A stretch of 64,000 nucleotides of DNA from contig MU058065.1 of NCBI GenBank assembly GCA_013265495.1, positions 6,014,302-6,078,301 of the forward strand, written 5' to 3'. The DNA is from Vicugna vicugna (Eukaryota). This document shows positions 29,146 to 41,061 of the stretch, piece by piece (the first letter of the stretch is position 1; every line of letters begins with the position of its first letter). Position numbers and translations under genes: made by a program. Below the pieces are notes generated by a model. That model saw only the letters and a list, made by a program, of their open reading frames with translations. It was not told the DNA's origin and ran no database searches.

Positions 29146-30319
29146 ATCATTCTTTTTTAAATATAATGCTTGAGTTTTCCTAATAAGCCAACTTGACCTT
29201 CATCTGATACTCTTGGGAATGCAACTGTTCTTACAGTCTATTTGACTAGCAATCCACTACTGATAAAAGCATAGTGTTTACAGTTCTGCAATATGAACCT
29301 GTAGAAAATTGACAAGATGTTTTTCCTATATAGTCATGAAGAAATTAACCCAAAAGGTGTTATTTTTTAGCCCTGTGGAATGTTACTCAGTTTTGTATCT
29401 AACCTAGCAATTTTTTTTAATTTATTGGTATGTATACATTTCTTTCCTGAAAACATTCAAAACCAACTTTAGGTATTCTTTACCAGTTCCCTCATTAATT
29501 ATTTAAATAATTTAAATAATTTAAATAAAACTTTTATATGTGCAGATAGTCTATTTATTTCTACTCTGGACATTACCTGTGACATCTAGCACTCAGGCAG
29601 CCATTTTGTGACTATGGTGGAGCCTAGCCGAGAAGACAAGTCAACATGCTGAAGATGGCAGAGAAGAAAAGATTCAGGGTCATTGATAAGTTAACCAACC
29701 CCCCAGGATACCACATCTGGCCTCTGGTTAGCAATCTACAATTTGCAAACCAAAGCTTCCTTTGTGATACATCTATTGTGGCAGCTCATATTAATAAAAA
29801 TGAACACTTGATTCACCTAGTTGGAACTTTTTGTTGGTGTATTGTCTACATATGGTGGTGGCTGTGGTGGTAGCCGTGGAAGAATCACTGAGCTTCCCAG
29901 TCACTTTAGGGATCTTCCCCTCAAGGCTCTGGAAAGACTCCTGATATAGTGATACTATATTTTGTGCTTTAATATCCTGTTTACTTGTTTTTAATTTTAA
30001 ATGACTTCCAGGGCTGTGTAAATACTTATTTTGTTTTAATATATAACTGTCTGATATTAAATAATTTTTTTCATGTTAAACTATAATCATTTGGTTTTAA
30101 GAATTTTATTTACTAATTATTTTTCTCTCTACATTGATGGCTTTAGAACTGTCTGCTTCCAGTTTTTGGAGCCTTGTTTGGAATAGGCTAAACAAAGATA
30201 AATGCTGCCTCTCTCCCTACTCCCACTTCACAGATGTTCAGATAACCAAAGGCTTAGAGAACCCTAAAAATAAAATCTTTGGAGCTCTCTCTTGAGAGAG
30301 ATTTTGTGTGTGTGTGTGT

Positions 30320-30556
30320 GGTGGGGGAAGGTAATTAGGTTTGTTTATTTACTTATTTTCTTTTATTTATTTTTTTTTGCAGGGGGAGTAATTAGGTTTT
30401 TATTTACCTGTTTTCTTTAATGGAGGTACTGGGGATTGAACCCAGGACCTCATGCATGCTAAGCATGTGCTCTACCACTGACCTATAACCTCCCCCTCCT
30501 TATTCTTCTTAATGGAGGTACTAGAGATTGATGCAGCTCTATCACTGAGCTATACT
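30320..30556 (-). mobile_element. Vic-1-like SINE (~30320-30496) plus an adjacent internally deleted copy (~30506-30556)
   Basis: GGAGGTACTGGGGATTGAACCCAGGACCTCATGCATGCTAAGCATG on +, with a duplicated GTAATTAGGTTT tail segment and a second truncated head. Confidence 0.8.
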
Positions 30557-31989
30557 CAAACCTCCATGGGCCAGAATGTTTTAATTGCCATGACAGACTT
30601 GCTTCAGAGACCACAAGAGAAAATGAAGCCCTCACAGCCTTTCTGTTCTCAGGTAAAACTTTTCCTGATGGGTTATAGTCCAGATTAAGCTGTCCATGCT
30701 GATCAGCAGCCCAGGAGCTTTCCAAGATTTATAAAGGATGATGAACATGCCAAAGCCACCTCTTCCTAATACAGGGTATGGATGTATATTCCTTGTTCCC
30801 AGAATAAAGGATAACATTGAGAGAAATCCAATAACACTTGCCACATTGAACAAGCTGTGTCAGAAGATATCAAGTAACAATTGAGCATGGCTTAAATCTC
30901 TTTTATTATAGACCAACAAAGCACATGCAGACCTGCTAAGCAGCTTTGTGCTTCAGCTGTCGTAGCTGAGCTGCAGCCTCCCACAGGAACAGCAGAAATC
31001 AGCTCCTCTATGAATCAGCAGGTGGAGTTACTGCCAGATGCCTCTTACTTCAGCTGCAGCCAGTTTCAAGCAGACAAGGTTAAAGTGAGGATGTCAGCAA
31101 GGGTATCTCGGGCCTAATTCTCGAATATTAGTTCAGTGGTATATGTTTAGTGGTTTTCCTCCTCCTCAGTTGACTCTCGGAGAAACAGTGCACACTAGGG
31201 AAAGATAAACTGTTTTGCTGACTGTCCTGTGCTACCATTAGTCACATCTTAGTTATTTAAATCTCCCATGGAAATCTTTTGTAGTAAATACTATGTATTC
31301 CTATTTTGCAGATAAGAAAACTGAAGTTGAGAGAGATGAAGTTATTTTCTTATAGAGATGGGATCTGGACCCAGGTTTTTGCATTGTCTGAAGTCCCGTG
31401 TTCTTTCATTATACAGTGTTGTCTCCCCTAGATGGACTCTGTAACCTCCTTAACAACTGAAAAGAAGGATCTTAAGTAGTAGTTTTCTCAGACTGTGGAA
31501 AATCCTAACTCTGTCCATGGGTTATCAATAATCAAACACTTTATCAGAGCAATGTACATAATTAAATATCTAAGTGAGATAACCAGGATGGGGAAGCTCT
31601 TTGATTGGAACTGACTTCAGACCCCAGGACATTAGGAGACCAGCATAGCTCTCTGCCTTCGCTGAGGTCTGCCTTGCTTTCTCAGGTATGTGATGTATAA
31701 TCTTTGCAACAATACTCGGTCACTTGTCATTAAGTGCCCTAGATCTTCTGTGAATTAATTATAGACTCATAGTTTAGACACATAGTTCAAATTTCTATGA
31801 TTTTATAGGTTACAGAGTGATTTCACATATATTTGATTCCATCCACTAAATATTGACCAGGTCTTATCAGACCTTATACTAGGCCCTGGGCATAGAGGTG
31901 AGTAACTCATGGTCTCTACCACCTAGTTGTTCAATGTCTAATAGTAAAGATACATAAAGAACTAATTCAAAGTGAAAAGTGGCCTAGTA

Positions 31990-32142
31990 CAATGGCTTTC
32001 AAACTTATTCAACCTTGACCCACAGTACAAAATGTATCTTACATGCCAGTATATAAATATAAAATAAATGTTATTTAAGGACCGCTAAATTGATTTTATG
32101 ACCCACTGATTTCATGACCCTCAGTTTGGAAACCATGCTCTA
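31990..32142. mobile_element. hAT-Charlie-type MITE; a similar copy lies at ~28673-28885
   Basis: Ends CAATGGCTTTCAAACT and AGTTTGGAAACCATG form imperfect TIRs. Internal text is shared with the 28.7 kb copy. Confidence 0.5.
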
Positions 32143-32374
32143 ATGGATGTATGTATAGAGCTATAGCTACACAGTAAAGGGAGCCAGTAATGCCTGGAAG
32201 TGAGTTTGGGGAGAGACAGTGAGAGCTCTCCAGGCAGACAAGATGCCAAAGGTATTCCAGCCACAGGAAGGGCATAGGAGAGCATTACAAATGTTACAGA
32301 TTATCGCAGGTTGAATACAGAGGAAGACTGAGTGCACAAGAGGCTAGGAAGGTGGAAAAAGGACTTTCTGTTAA

Positions 32375-33430
32375 ATATAGTAGATTAAACACACATTTTG
32401 TTTGCTCCCTTCTCAAACTCCACTAAAATAACAATAAAATAAAGAGAACGGAAGAAGAAAGACTTCATGGAGATAGGACAAAAATACTTTGGAAGATGGA
32501 AAGCTAAAGGAAGAGGGATGACTAGGGATCTGAGAAAGCTGAAACCTAAGTGCTAAATGACAAGGAATGAGCCAGTTTGGATTGTAGAGCCTTAGAAAGG
32601 CTCTGGATGGGAAGCAGCAAGTACCTCTGAAGGTGCGATGGAAGGATGAGGCTGAAAACAGAAGGATGAATTTAAAGTCTATATAAGGAGCTGTTGTATT
32701 CCCAGATTCCTCCTCTAACCTGAGCAGCCAGGTGATTGGCCTTGTTCCACCCCAAAAGAAGGCAGGGGCATTCTCTCTAGAAAGAGTGAACTGGAGGGAC
32801 CCTGGACTTAGGGAGAGGAGGTGAAACCACAGCCTTATCCCACCTGGCTTCTAGAGCACAGGTGGCCAAGTTTATATTTCCCAGGCTGGAGATTGCTGAG
32901 TTCTTCTCCAGGGAATCTGACCAGCTTAAAACAAAAGATCCATGGATATTGGCATTTGGGGATTCCCAACTAAATGGCTCTCTGCCAAGTCACCCTACAG
33001 GGAAGATGCCAACCAATCAGTCTTACCTGTGTCTAGAGAGCAGTCATTTGGCCTTTAAGAGTATGTTGGAGCAAGCTAGGTTTGCAGGAAGTCTCCATCT
33101 TGAAAGACAGACCAAGATAAAGAAACAAATGTAAAGGGACAATACAGGGAACATAAAAACAATTAATGTACCTATATTTATAATAATATAATGACTATAA
33201 CATATTCATAATGATTAGTACAGTATCTTCAGAGAGTGGATTTTCCGCTAACACATAAGAGCAAGAAACTATAAAAAGGGATATTCAGAAAACAAAGTGC
33301 TTAGACATAAAAAATATAATCACAGAAATTAAAAATTCAGAAGAATGGTTGCAGTGTAAAAGTGAGAAAATATTTTAGAAAGCAGAACAAAAAAAGATAA
33401 ATACATAGAAAAATGGGAAAGAAAATATAA
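32375..33430 (+). mobile_element. Ancient L1/HAL1 5' region with a decayed ORF1 coiled coil
   Basis: 33302-33395 translates LDIKNIITEIKNSEEWLQCKSEKIF*KAEQK, which resembles the old L1 ORF1p heptad region. Confidence 0.6.
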
Positions 33431-33738
33431 CCCTGGTCATGAAGAATGAGTCAGAGTTGGCCAAGTGGAAAGTAGGGAACCGTGTTCCAGACTGAGAGAG
33501 ACACAGGTGCAAAGGAAAGAGGCAAGAGAAAGACTTATAAACACCTGTGTGGTTGGACTATCAAATTAGAGGAGGAAATGGCTAGAGACATGAAGCTGAA
33601 CAGCCAGGTAATTTTTGTATTATTTTAAATGTGTGCTTATCAACATTATATGGAGCTCATAAAACTAGGATTCAAACTCATGTCTTGATCTCTAATTTAG
33701 TATTCTTTCTGTGTAGCCAGAAGGCAGTATAATTTAGA

Positions 33739-33950
33739 TCAACGGTTCTCAACTTTGGGCAATTTTGCCTCCAGGGGACATTTATGGGAGAGGGGGATTG
33801 TAGGGGGGAAGGTACTACTGGCATCTAAGGGGCAGAGGCCAAGGATCCTGCTAAACATCTGAAAATGAACAGAACAGCCCTTATTACTACCAACAGAATT
33901 ATCTGGCTCAAAATGTCAATGGCGCATATAGTCGATAGTGGAGAAAGCCT
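33739..33950. mobile_element. MER20 DNA transposon
   Basis: CAACGGTTCTCAAC...TACTGGCATCTA...GAGGCCAAGGATCCTGCTAAACATC...AATTATCTGGCTCAAAATGTCAAT. Confidence 0.75.
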
Positions 33951-34271
33951 AATTTAGATGAAATGTAAAACTGCAGCTCTTTTGAGTGAGTTCAAATCAC
34001 AGTGCCAATCACATTTGCTGTTAGAGGCTGACAGATCAGAGCAAAAGGACTTCACTGGTATTTCAGTATTTATTTTACAGAAATAATAATTTATTTTTAA
34101 AGCCAAATGTTCAACATTTTAAAAGTAAAATTTCTTAATATCGTTGAAAGAAACACATATATACACACACAACTAAAAGTAAAAATGTAAGTTAAAAAAT
34201 ATGAATGTTAAATAAACATTATTATTTTAATATAAATTGTTAGCATATAAAATTAATAAAATGTTATTTTA

Positions 34272-34619
34272 TTTATTTTTATTTTATTATTTTTATTGAA
34301 ATATTGTTGGTTCACAATGTTTTAATTTCTGGTGTACAGCATAGTGATTCAGTTACATATATATTTCTTTTCATATTCTTTTCCATTATAGGCTATTACA
34401 TGGTATTGAATGTAGTTCCCTGTGCTGTACAGTAGGACCTTGTTGTTTATCTGTTTCACATGTGGTAGTTAGTATCTGCAAATCCCAAACTCGCAATTTA
34501 TTCCTCCACTCCCCACTTTCCCCTCGGTAATCATAAGTTTGTTTTCTATGTCTGTGAGTCTGTTTCTATTTTGTAAATATGTTCCTTTGTGTAATTGTTT
34601 TAGATTTCACATAGAAGTG
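34272..34619 (-). mobile_element. 5'-truncated L1 3' end with TSD
   Basis: T-rich tail followed by artiodactyl-type L1 3'UTR text. TSD AAAATGTTATTTTA (34258-34271) and AAAATATTATTTTA (34620-34633). Confidence 0.8.
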
Positions 34620-34739
34620 AAAATATTATTTTAAAGTAAAAAACTAAACACCTATAAAAGTAAAATGTAATTATAAATAATGGAAAATAAAATTATTTGT
34701 TCCTTTTAAAAACAGTGATCTCTTAAAGAAGTATATAAA

Positions 34740-34850
34740 GATGTCATTGTTGTAAATGTATTTTTGGTGCCAGTTTTTCTAGCTGCTTGAAAAAGCTCTT
34801 TCTGGAGTTGTACTACTCAAAAGACTGTGAGGAGATGGCTATAAATCTAA
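34740..34850 (-). mobile_element. Decayed hAT transposase C-terminal motif
   Basis: Allowing frameshifts, the minus strand reads YSHLLTV-SSTTPERAFSS-TKNTFTTMT, resembling the hAT motif LLTxPxSSxxxERxFS...KxxLRxTM. Confidence 0.45.
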
Positions 34851-35011
34851 CTTCAAATATAGTTTCCTGACTCATTTCTTGTTCAAATAATCTCTTATTT
34901 GATAACTTGGAGATCTTTTTGAACAAATATTTTTGTTTCTCTAGGTGGATATGTTTTTTTTTCTTTTAATTTCTAGGAAGCTCTAGTTTTTGTTTCAAAT
35001 GGAAAATTTCT

Positions 35012-35193
35012 TTTTTAAAGCCAGCATTTTATTTTATTTTATTTTTACTTTATTGTTTGTTTGTTTTTGGTGTGTGTGTGGGGAGGTAATTCGGTTTATT
35101 TATTTTTAGAGGAGGTACTGGGAATTGAACCCAGGACCTCGTGCATACTAAGCATGCACTCTACCGCTTGAGCTATGCTCTCCCACTACCCAG
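35012..35193 (-). mobile_element. Vic-1-like SINE with 12-bp TSD
   Basis: GAGGTACTGGGAATTGAACCCAGGACCTCGTGCATACTAAGCATGC on +. TSD TGGAAAATTTCT at 35000-35011 and 35194-35205. Confidence 0.85.
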
Positions 35194-35976
35194 TGGAAAA
35201 TTTCTGATTTGTACCCATCTTTAATTTCTTTTAATCTAGATTGAGATTTTGATGTAGGGGATCTATACTAATTTTAATATTGTCCTATTTCTAATTCTAC
35301 TTATTCAAAAGCACTTTAAACAGTGTCTTTTGTTTTATTCTTGTAATTATTATTCTAAGAAAAAATTTACTCTTGTAATAGAAGTTTGTCCATTTGACAG
35401 TTTTGTCTCTCCTCTTGAAGTCTGTAGAAGGCAACAATGCTTTATAAATAAATGAACCTTTGTGTGTTCAAAATTTTAATGTGGCTATACCTCATTTATA
35501 AATGATTCAGAATTCAGATTTCTCTTTCCAATGTTGAAAGAACGTTTATTCCTCAACTAAAATTCTATTTTGGTACTTTAAGATATGAAGATATGTGAGA
35601 ATAACAGAATAATGAAAAACAGTACTGTAATCACAACCAGCTTTGTAACTTTGAGCAAGCCATTTTACCTCACTAAGCCTCAGTTTCATCATTTGTAAAA
35701 TAGGGAGGATGGGTTCCTACATCAAAGGGTGATAGTGAAGATTACAAAAAGGATACATGTAAAGCACTTAGATCTGACGGACATATACTAAATAATTGAA
35801 CAAATGTATAGTATTTGTTGTTTAACTGTGTATATTGTTCATTATTACTAGAATTGTTCATTTCCCATGTGTTGATACATTGTCTTTATTTTTTTATAAT
35901 GTATAGATTGCCAGTCCAAATTCTTTAACATAATTTCCAGATAAACTTAGTGTAATGGTTTTAAAATACATCCATA

Positions 35977-36111
35977 GGAGGGAAGGTATAGCTCAAGTGG
36001 TAGAGTACATGCTTAGCATGCATGAGGTCCTGGGTTCAATCCCCTGTACCTCTTCTAAAAATAAATAAGCCTAATTACCTCCCCTACCCTGCCAAAATAA
36101 AAAAAATTTTT
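35977..36111 (+). mobile_element. Vic-1-like SINE with 13-bp TSD
   Basis: GGAGGGAAGGTATAGCTCAAGTGGTAGAG...GGTCCTGGGTTCAATCCC (Pol III A and B boxes) and an A-rich tail. TSD AAATACATCCATA (35964-35976) and AAATGCATCCATA (36112-36124). Confidence 0.88.
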
Positions 36112-36149
36112 AAATGCATCCATAAGATTTTTCTTTTCTTCCTAAAAGA

Positions 36150-36710
36150 GCATGGGCTGGACTCAGCAACTTGTTTCTTTTGGGGGGCAGAGATTCTTTT
36201 CTTTTTAATTGAAGTACAGTCAATTATAATGTGTCAATTTCTGGTGTACAGCACAACTTGTTTCTAATATATAGAATATGGTGGAAGTGATAGTGTGACT
36301 TTTCACACTAGGTCATAAAAAGCATTGTGACTTTCTTCTTGCTCTCTCTTGGATCACTTGCTCTAGGGAAGGAAGCTGTCATGTTGTGATGACACTCAAG
36401 CAGCCATAAGGAGAGGTTAGTGTGATGAGGAACAGAGGCCTCTTATCAACAGCAAGTGAGGAATTGAGACTTCTAGCTAAGTGCTGCATGAGGGTGCTAT
36501 CTTGGAAGTAGATTCTCTGGCCCCAGTCAAGCCTTCAGATGACAGCAGCCCGCCTTGGCTGATACAAACTCATGGAGACTTTGAACCAGAACCACCCAGC
36601 TAAGCTGACCCCGGAGTCCTGATCCTCAGAAATAGCGTGAGATAATGTTTTTTGTTTTAGGCTGCTAAGTTTTGGAGTAATTTGTTATGCAGAAACAGAT
36701 AATCAATGCA
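36150..36710 (+). mobile_element. MLT1 (MaLR) LTR interrupted by a 75-bp L1 tail insertion (36179-36253)
   Basis: MLT1-like 3' end CCCCAGTCAAGCCTTCAGATGA...TTTTGGAGTAATTTGTTATGCAG. The insert is flanked by the TSD CAACTTGTTTCT (36167-36178 and 36254-36265). Confidence 0.75.
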
Positions 36711-37989
36711 CTTTGGTACTGACACTTGTTATTTATGTATAACACAAGTACAGAAATGTGTGCAGAATATTTACAAATTGGACAATCCCACATAACCAGC
36801 ACCCAGATCAAGAAACAAAACAACCCCTAGGAAATCCTTCCAGTCACTGCTCCCTCATCCCCAAGAGTAGCCACTCTCTTGACTGCTAACAATATAAATG
36901 CACTTTATATAAATGGAATCATACATCATTTATCCTTTGGCATCTAGTTCCTTTTACTCAATATTTTGTTTATTGAGATTCACCCTCAGCCATTCTACTT
37001 AGCAGTCTGAATATACTACAGTGTATTTACCATTGAATAGTAAACTTCTATGTGTTATATTTATCATATGTATTTTTTCCCATTTGGCCACATTTGCTTT
37101 ATCATTCTCTCTATCTCTTTCCACACGTACATCATATATTCACATACTTGTTCTTATTTAATTATTTATATTTCCAAATTATTTGATATACTTTGCAGAG
37201 AACATAGCCTTTCACTTCTAAAATCCTCAGAATGTGTCCTAAAAATAAGGATATTGTCTTATGTAACCAAGGTGAAGTGATCAAATTCAAGAAATTTGAT
37301 CTTGATACAATTTTTAAATTTAATGTACAATCCATATTCAAATTTGTCACAATAGTAACTTTTTTTCCCTCAACTAGGATCCAATCCAAGATCACACCTT
37401 ACATTTACTCTTTTTATACCTTACTCCTTACAGCCCGTCTCTTTGGTCTCTTTTTAAATCTTGAATAGTTCCTCAGCTTTTCATTATCTTTTATGAAATT
37501 GAAAGTTTTGAGGTGGAATCAACTCACTTTTTATACTTAAAAAAAACCCAGACTTTTTAAAACCTTATTTCATTTCTGTAGAATCACACTGTTTTCAAGC
37601 AAGCACTTATACATGTAATGGACTTTTCATCAAAATATTTAGTTAACTCTAAATCATTTGATAAAAATTGTTTTTGAAATAATATAGGATACTTTGATGC
37701 AATCGCAGAAGATCAAGACACTCTTATCTTAAACTCAGAAAAGTTTTTAGTTCCAAAACCAGCAAATATGAACCTCCAAATCTAGATCATTTTCATTGCC
37801 TTTAACCTAGTTCAGGAACAAAATGCTCCCAAGTCTATCTGCAGATTATTTCAATTTAGCCACCATCCATTCTAGAACAGTAACAAAGGCAAGAAATTTA
37901 CTGTCAACAGATATATACCAATCACCAAAATCTATTTAAATTGGCTGCTTCAAAAGTTAGGACTGGTTAGTCTGGTGTACAAGTTCAGT

Positions 37990-39060
37990 TTAGTCTAACA
38001 TATATTTATTGAGCAGCCACTCTGTGCCAGGCACTGTGCTAGGCTCTGGGAATATTTGGACAATTAAGACATAGTCCCAACTCTTGAAAATAAGCAGTGT
38101 ACTGTAAGAATACTGAATCACATGCTGTACGCATGAATATAATATTACAAATCAACTATACTTCAATTAAAAAAAAGAATAAGCAGTATAGTGAAAGCTA
38201 TCCATCCAAATATACATATACCTATATACTCCACATACACCTATATACTCCACATACTATACTTATATATGAAGATTCCATAGGACATGTGGAAAAACAG
38301 CACAAATAGGAGTGTACTGAGGGAGCAGGGGTGGAGGAGGGCAGTGCAGTTTAGCAGAGGGAAGGACAGGCTGTTGGGGTCTGATGCTGTAGCGCAAAGA
38401 ACAAGACAGGGCAAGAGCAGATCTCAGGAGGCTTCTTAACCATATCTTCTTCTGGTAGGAGGAGACCTTTGATTAATATTAAATAGCAGAAAGGTCATCC
38501 GATTCGTATTTTTAAATAATTTAGCCACTTTGTTGGGCATGAGTTTCAGCGGGGGACAAGTGTGTGCGCAGGGAAACTTGCAGTGGGCCAGGTGAGAGAT
38601 GAGGAGGCTGTGACAGAATCAGGGCTGTAATGGGGGTGAATCAAGAAATAATTAGGACATCAAACTAGCAGCAACTGTGAACTGACTAGGTGTGGGATGA
38701 GGGAGAAATAGGCTTTCAAGAGTTGGTGGTGACAACAAACAAGATAGAAAATACAGAAAAAGTCTATCTGTTAAGGGGAGTTGGGGGTGGAATGCAGAGT
38801 GGAGAGAGGCCATGTTGTTTTTGGTATGTTGAGCAGAAGGCACCCATGGGACATTCAAGTGGAGGTGCCTAGCTGGAAGTTCTGGGAAAGGAGCTAAGAT
38901 TTAGGAGTCATCAGCATATGAGTGGAAACTAGATGGGTAAACCCATGAAACTGCCCAGGCAGAGTGTGAAGAAAAAGTGAGCCGGTGACAGACCTAATGG
39001 AAAACCAACATTTAAGGAAGCAGAAAGAAAACCAACATTTAAGGAAGCAGGAGGAGGATG
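37990..39060 (-). mobile_element. L2 LINE fragment containing a short L1 3' insertion (38099-38177, +)
   Basis: TATTTATTGAGCAGCCACTCTGTGCCAGGCACTGTGCTAGG is the L2 3' end. L1 tail AAATCAACTATACTTCAATTAAAAAAAA has TSD AATAAGCAGT (38089-38098 and 38178-38187). Confidence 0.7.
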
Positions 39061-39149
39061 TCCAAGAGACTTTAGTTGGACACTAAAAGCAAAACAATAT
39101 GGTGATATATTGTCCTTGCATGATAGAAAACTCTTAGACTGTCCTTGAT

Positions 39150-39720
39150 CTTCGTATGTTTAAATCATTTATATCTGTTTTGCAATATTCCTTGACCAAA
39201 AGTAACAAATTCTGCCTACACTATTATTCTTCAAACTCTTCTCAAAGATTTCATTTCTGCCCTCTGAAGTCCTAAAGATAACCCTTCAAAGTTTGAAGAC
39301 AAGCTAATGTGACTCAATTCAGCTTTCCCATCTTGGCTTAAAAATTCTCTGTTCCTCCACAGTTCCCCATATTCCCATATAATGACAATTTGCAGCCTTG
39401 ATCTCTGGTGACCCTCTTCTGGGCACTGCAATTTGTCAACTTGTCCACAAGCATAGCAAGCCATCCTTTGGCACAATTTTAACTTGTGCACAGTATACTC
39501 TAGGTATTATCTTCTTTCCAGTAATGCAGCCTAAAATCAAGTTTATGAGCAGCAGCATTACACTATTACTGATTGAATGCATAGTTAACTGAAGTGGACT
39601 GCCCTCCCCCACCAAACATAAACATGTAACCAACTTGTTTCCCCCAGCCTGTTCTTCTGTACTTCTGTTTTTTGTTTAGCCTAATTGTAGGTTTCTGCTC
39701 ATTTTTGCTCATTTTTCTTT
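39150..39720 (-). mobile_element. CR1/L3 LINE relic, ORF2 C-terminal region
   Basis: Collinear decayed motifs on the minus strand: NLQLG*TKN, RLGETSWL, CNAAAHK, LILGCI, LEY-CAQ, VDKL, AQKRVTR, LKGY. These follow the motif order of CR1 ORF2. Confidence 0.7.
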
Positions 39721-40842
39721 CACTCATAAGAAAAGCTTTCCTCTGGTCTCTTTCATCATGGGGCAGGAAATGGCCAGGACACCTGATAATGAAAAATCAT
39801 AGACAAACATATAACAACCATCAGACCAGGAAGAGTGTTAAGAATGGACTCTCATCAAACTCCAAACCTATGGTGAATGTTCTGAGCCAAATGCAGGCTT
39901 CTGGCTCTAACTTCAAACTGAAAGTTTAACAAGGAAAAGGATTAAAGGTGGGGCTTATGGTAGCCACTATCTTTCTCATTAATTCTACTTTTCTTGAATT
40001 GCTTGTTTGTTGATTAGAACTGTCTTTCCATTTTTTTCTGAAATTTCTAGATGATTACAAGATCATGCTCCTTCACTGGCACAAGACGGGGCCTTTGAAA
40101 CCCTGAAAGGCAAACGTGAAACAAATGTAAAGGGAAGAGTTCTCACACCTAGGGGAGATCTGACACAGAACTCAACCTCAGAAAGTCAGGTAGCGTTTTG
40201 CCATGTGGTCATCTCCAGCTGAAGGCCGAGGACATGAACTCATAAAAAAGGCCATCTGCCCATTTCTGAGCTTTCCTCTAATGCTGTTCTTCCCCAAAGA
40301 GCAAGGATTGTTAAGAGACTACTCTGTGAAGCTGAGATAAGAGATTGGTTCTCTATAATTCACACGTCCTTGAGCATCTTCTTTTTTGTACCATTAATGG
40401 ACAGGGCTTCCTGCCCCAGGGCAACTGCTGGAGCCAAAATGCTTGGGTTTGGATCCTGGCTCCACCAGGTACTAAGACCATGACCTTGGGGAAGTTAACC
40501 TGATTGTAAACATAGAGTTAATAACACTCTCTCTCAGGGTTGTGAGGAATATGAGTTATTATACATCACCTAGAGGAGTGCCAATCACATATCCTGCATT
40601 CAATTAGTGTTAAGACATCTCTTTATTGCTCCTTAGCCTGGAATCAGTTTTGATACAAGTATAGGTCCTGCTTGTTTGGTTCCTGAGTATATATATATAG
40701 ACTAAGGTAGTTAATTATTAGCACATGGATGCGTAAGGACTTACGACAGTGTTAAGATTGTGGGTGACACTGTAGAAAACAATTGTTATGGTCCCAAATT
40801 TCTACTGATCGGGAAGCCAAAGCAATTTCCTCCTGCATACAC

Positions 40843-41061
40843 TTTATTTGTACATACTAAATCTCACTAAGACTATCACACTGTCAGATACCATGGCTAA
40901 GGGCAGGTTAAGGCCGGCAGGGTAATCTTTGCTTCTGGTAAGGTACATCAACAGCCAGGAGCAACACTGGGGACAAGGAGGTAAGGGCAGAGCACAGAGT
41001 GTGGGAGACAGCTCACAGTGAGGCAGGTAGGCAGCAGCAGTTCTAGCCCATCAACTTTATT
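40843..41061 (-). terminator. Candidate RETREG2 polyadenylation signals
   Basis: TTTATT at 41056-41061 and 40843-40848, with another at ~40623. Confidence 0.55.

Noticed and set aside
30483..30853. Short minus-strand ORFs of 73-80 aa as a hidden gene
   Set aside because: No recognisable protein, no coherent splice chain, and one ORF runs into a SINE.
35977..36055. tRNA gene
   Set aside because: The tRNA-like A and B boxes are followed by a SINE body, an A-rich tail and a TSD, and several diverged copies lie nearby.
39231..39633. Novel gene or hAT transposase (HKLKL and RWES look-alikes) from short minus-strand ORFs
   Set aside because: Many more collinear motifs fit the CR1/L3 ORF2 C-terminus.
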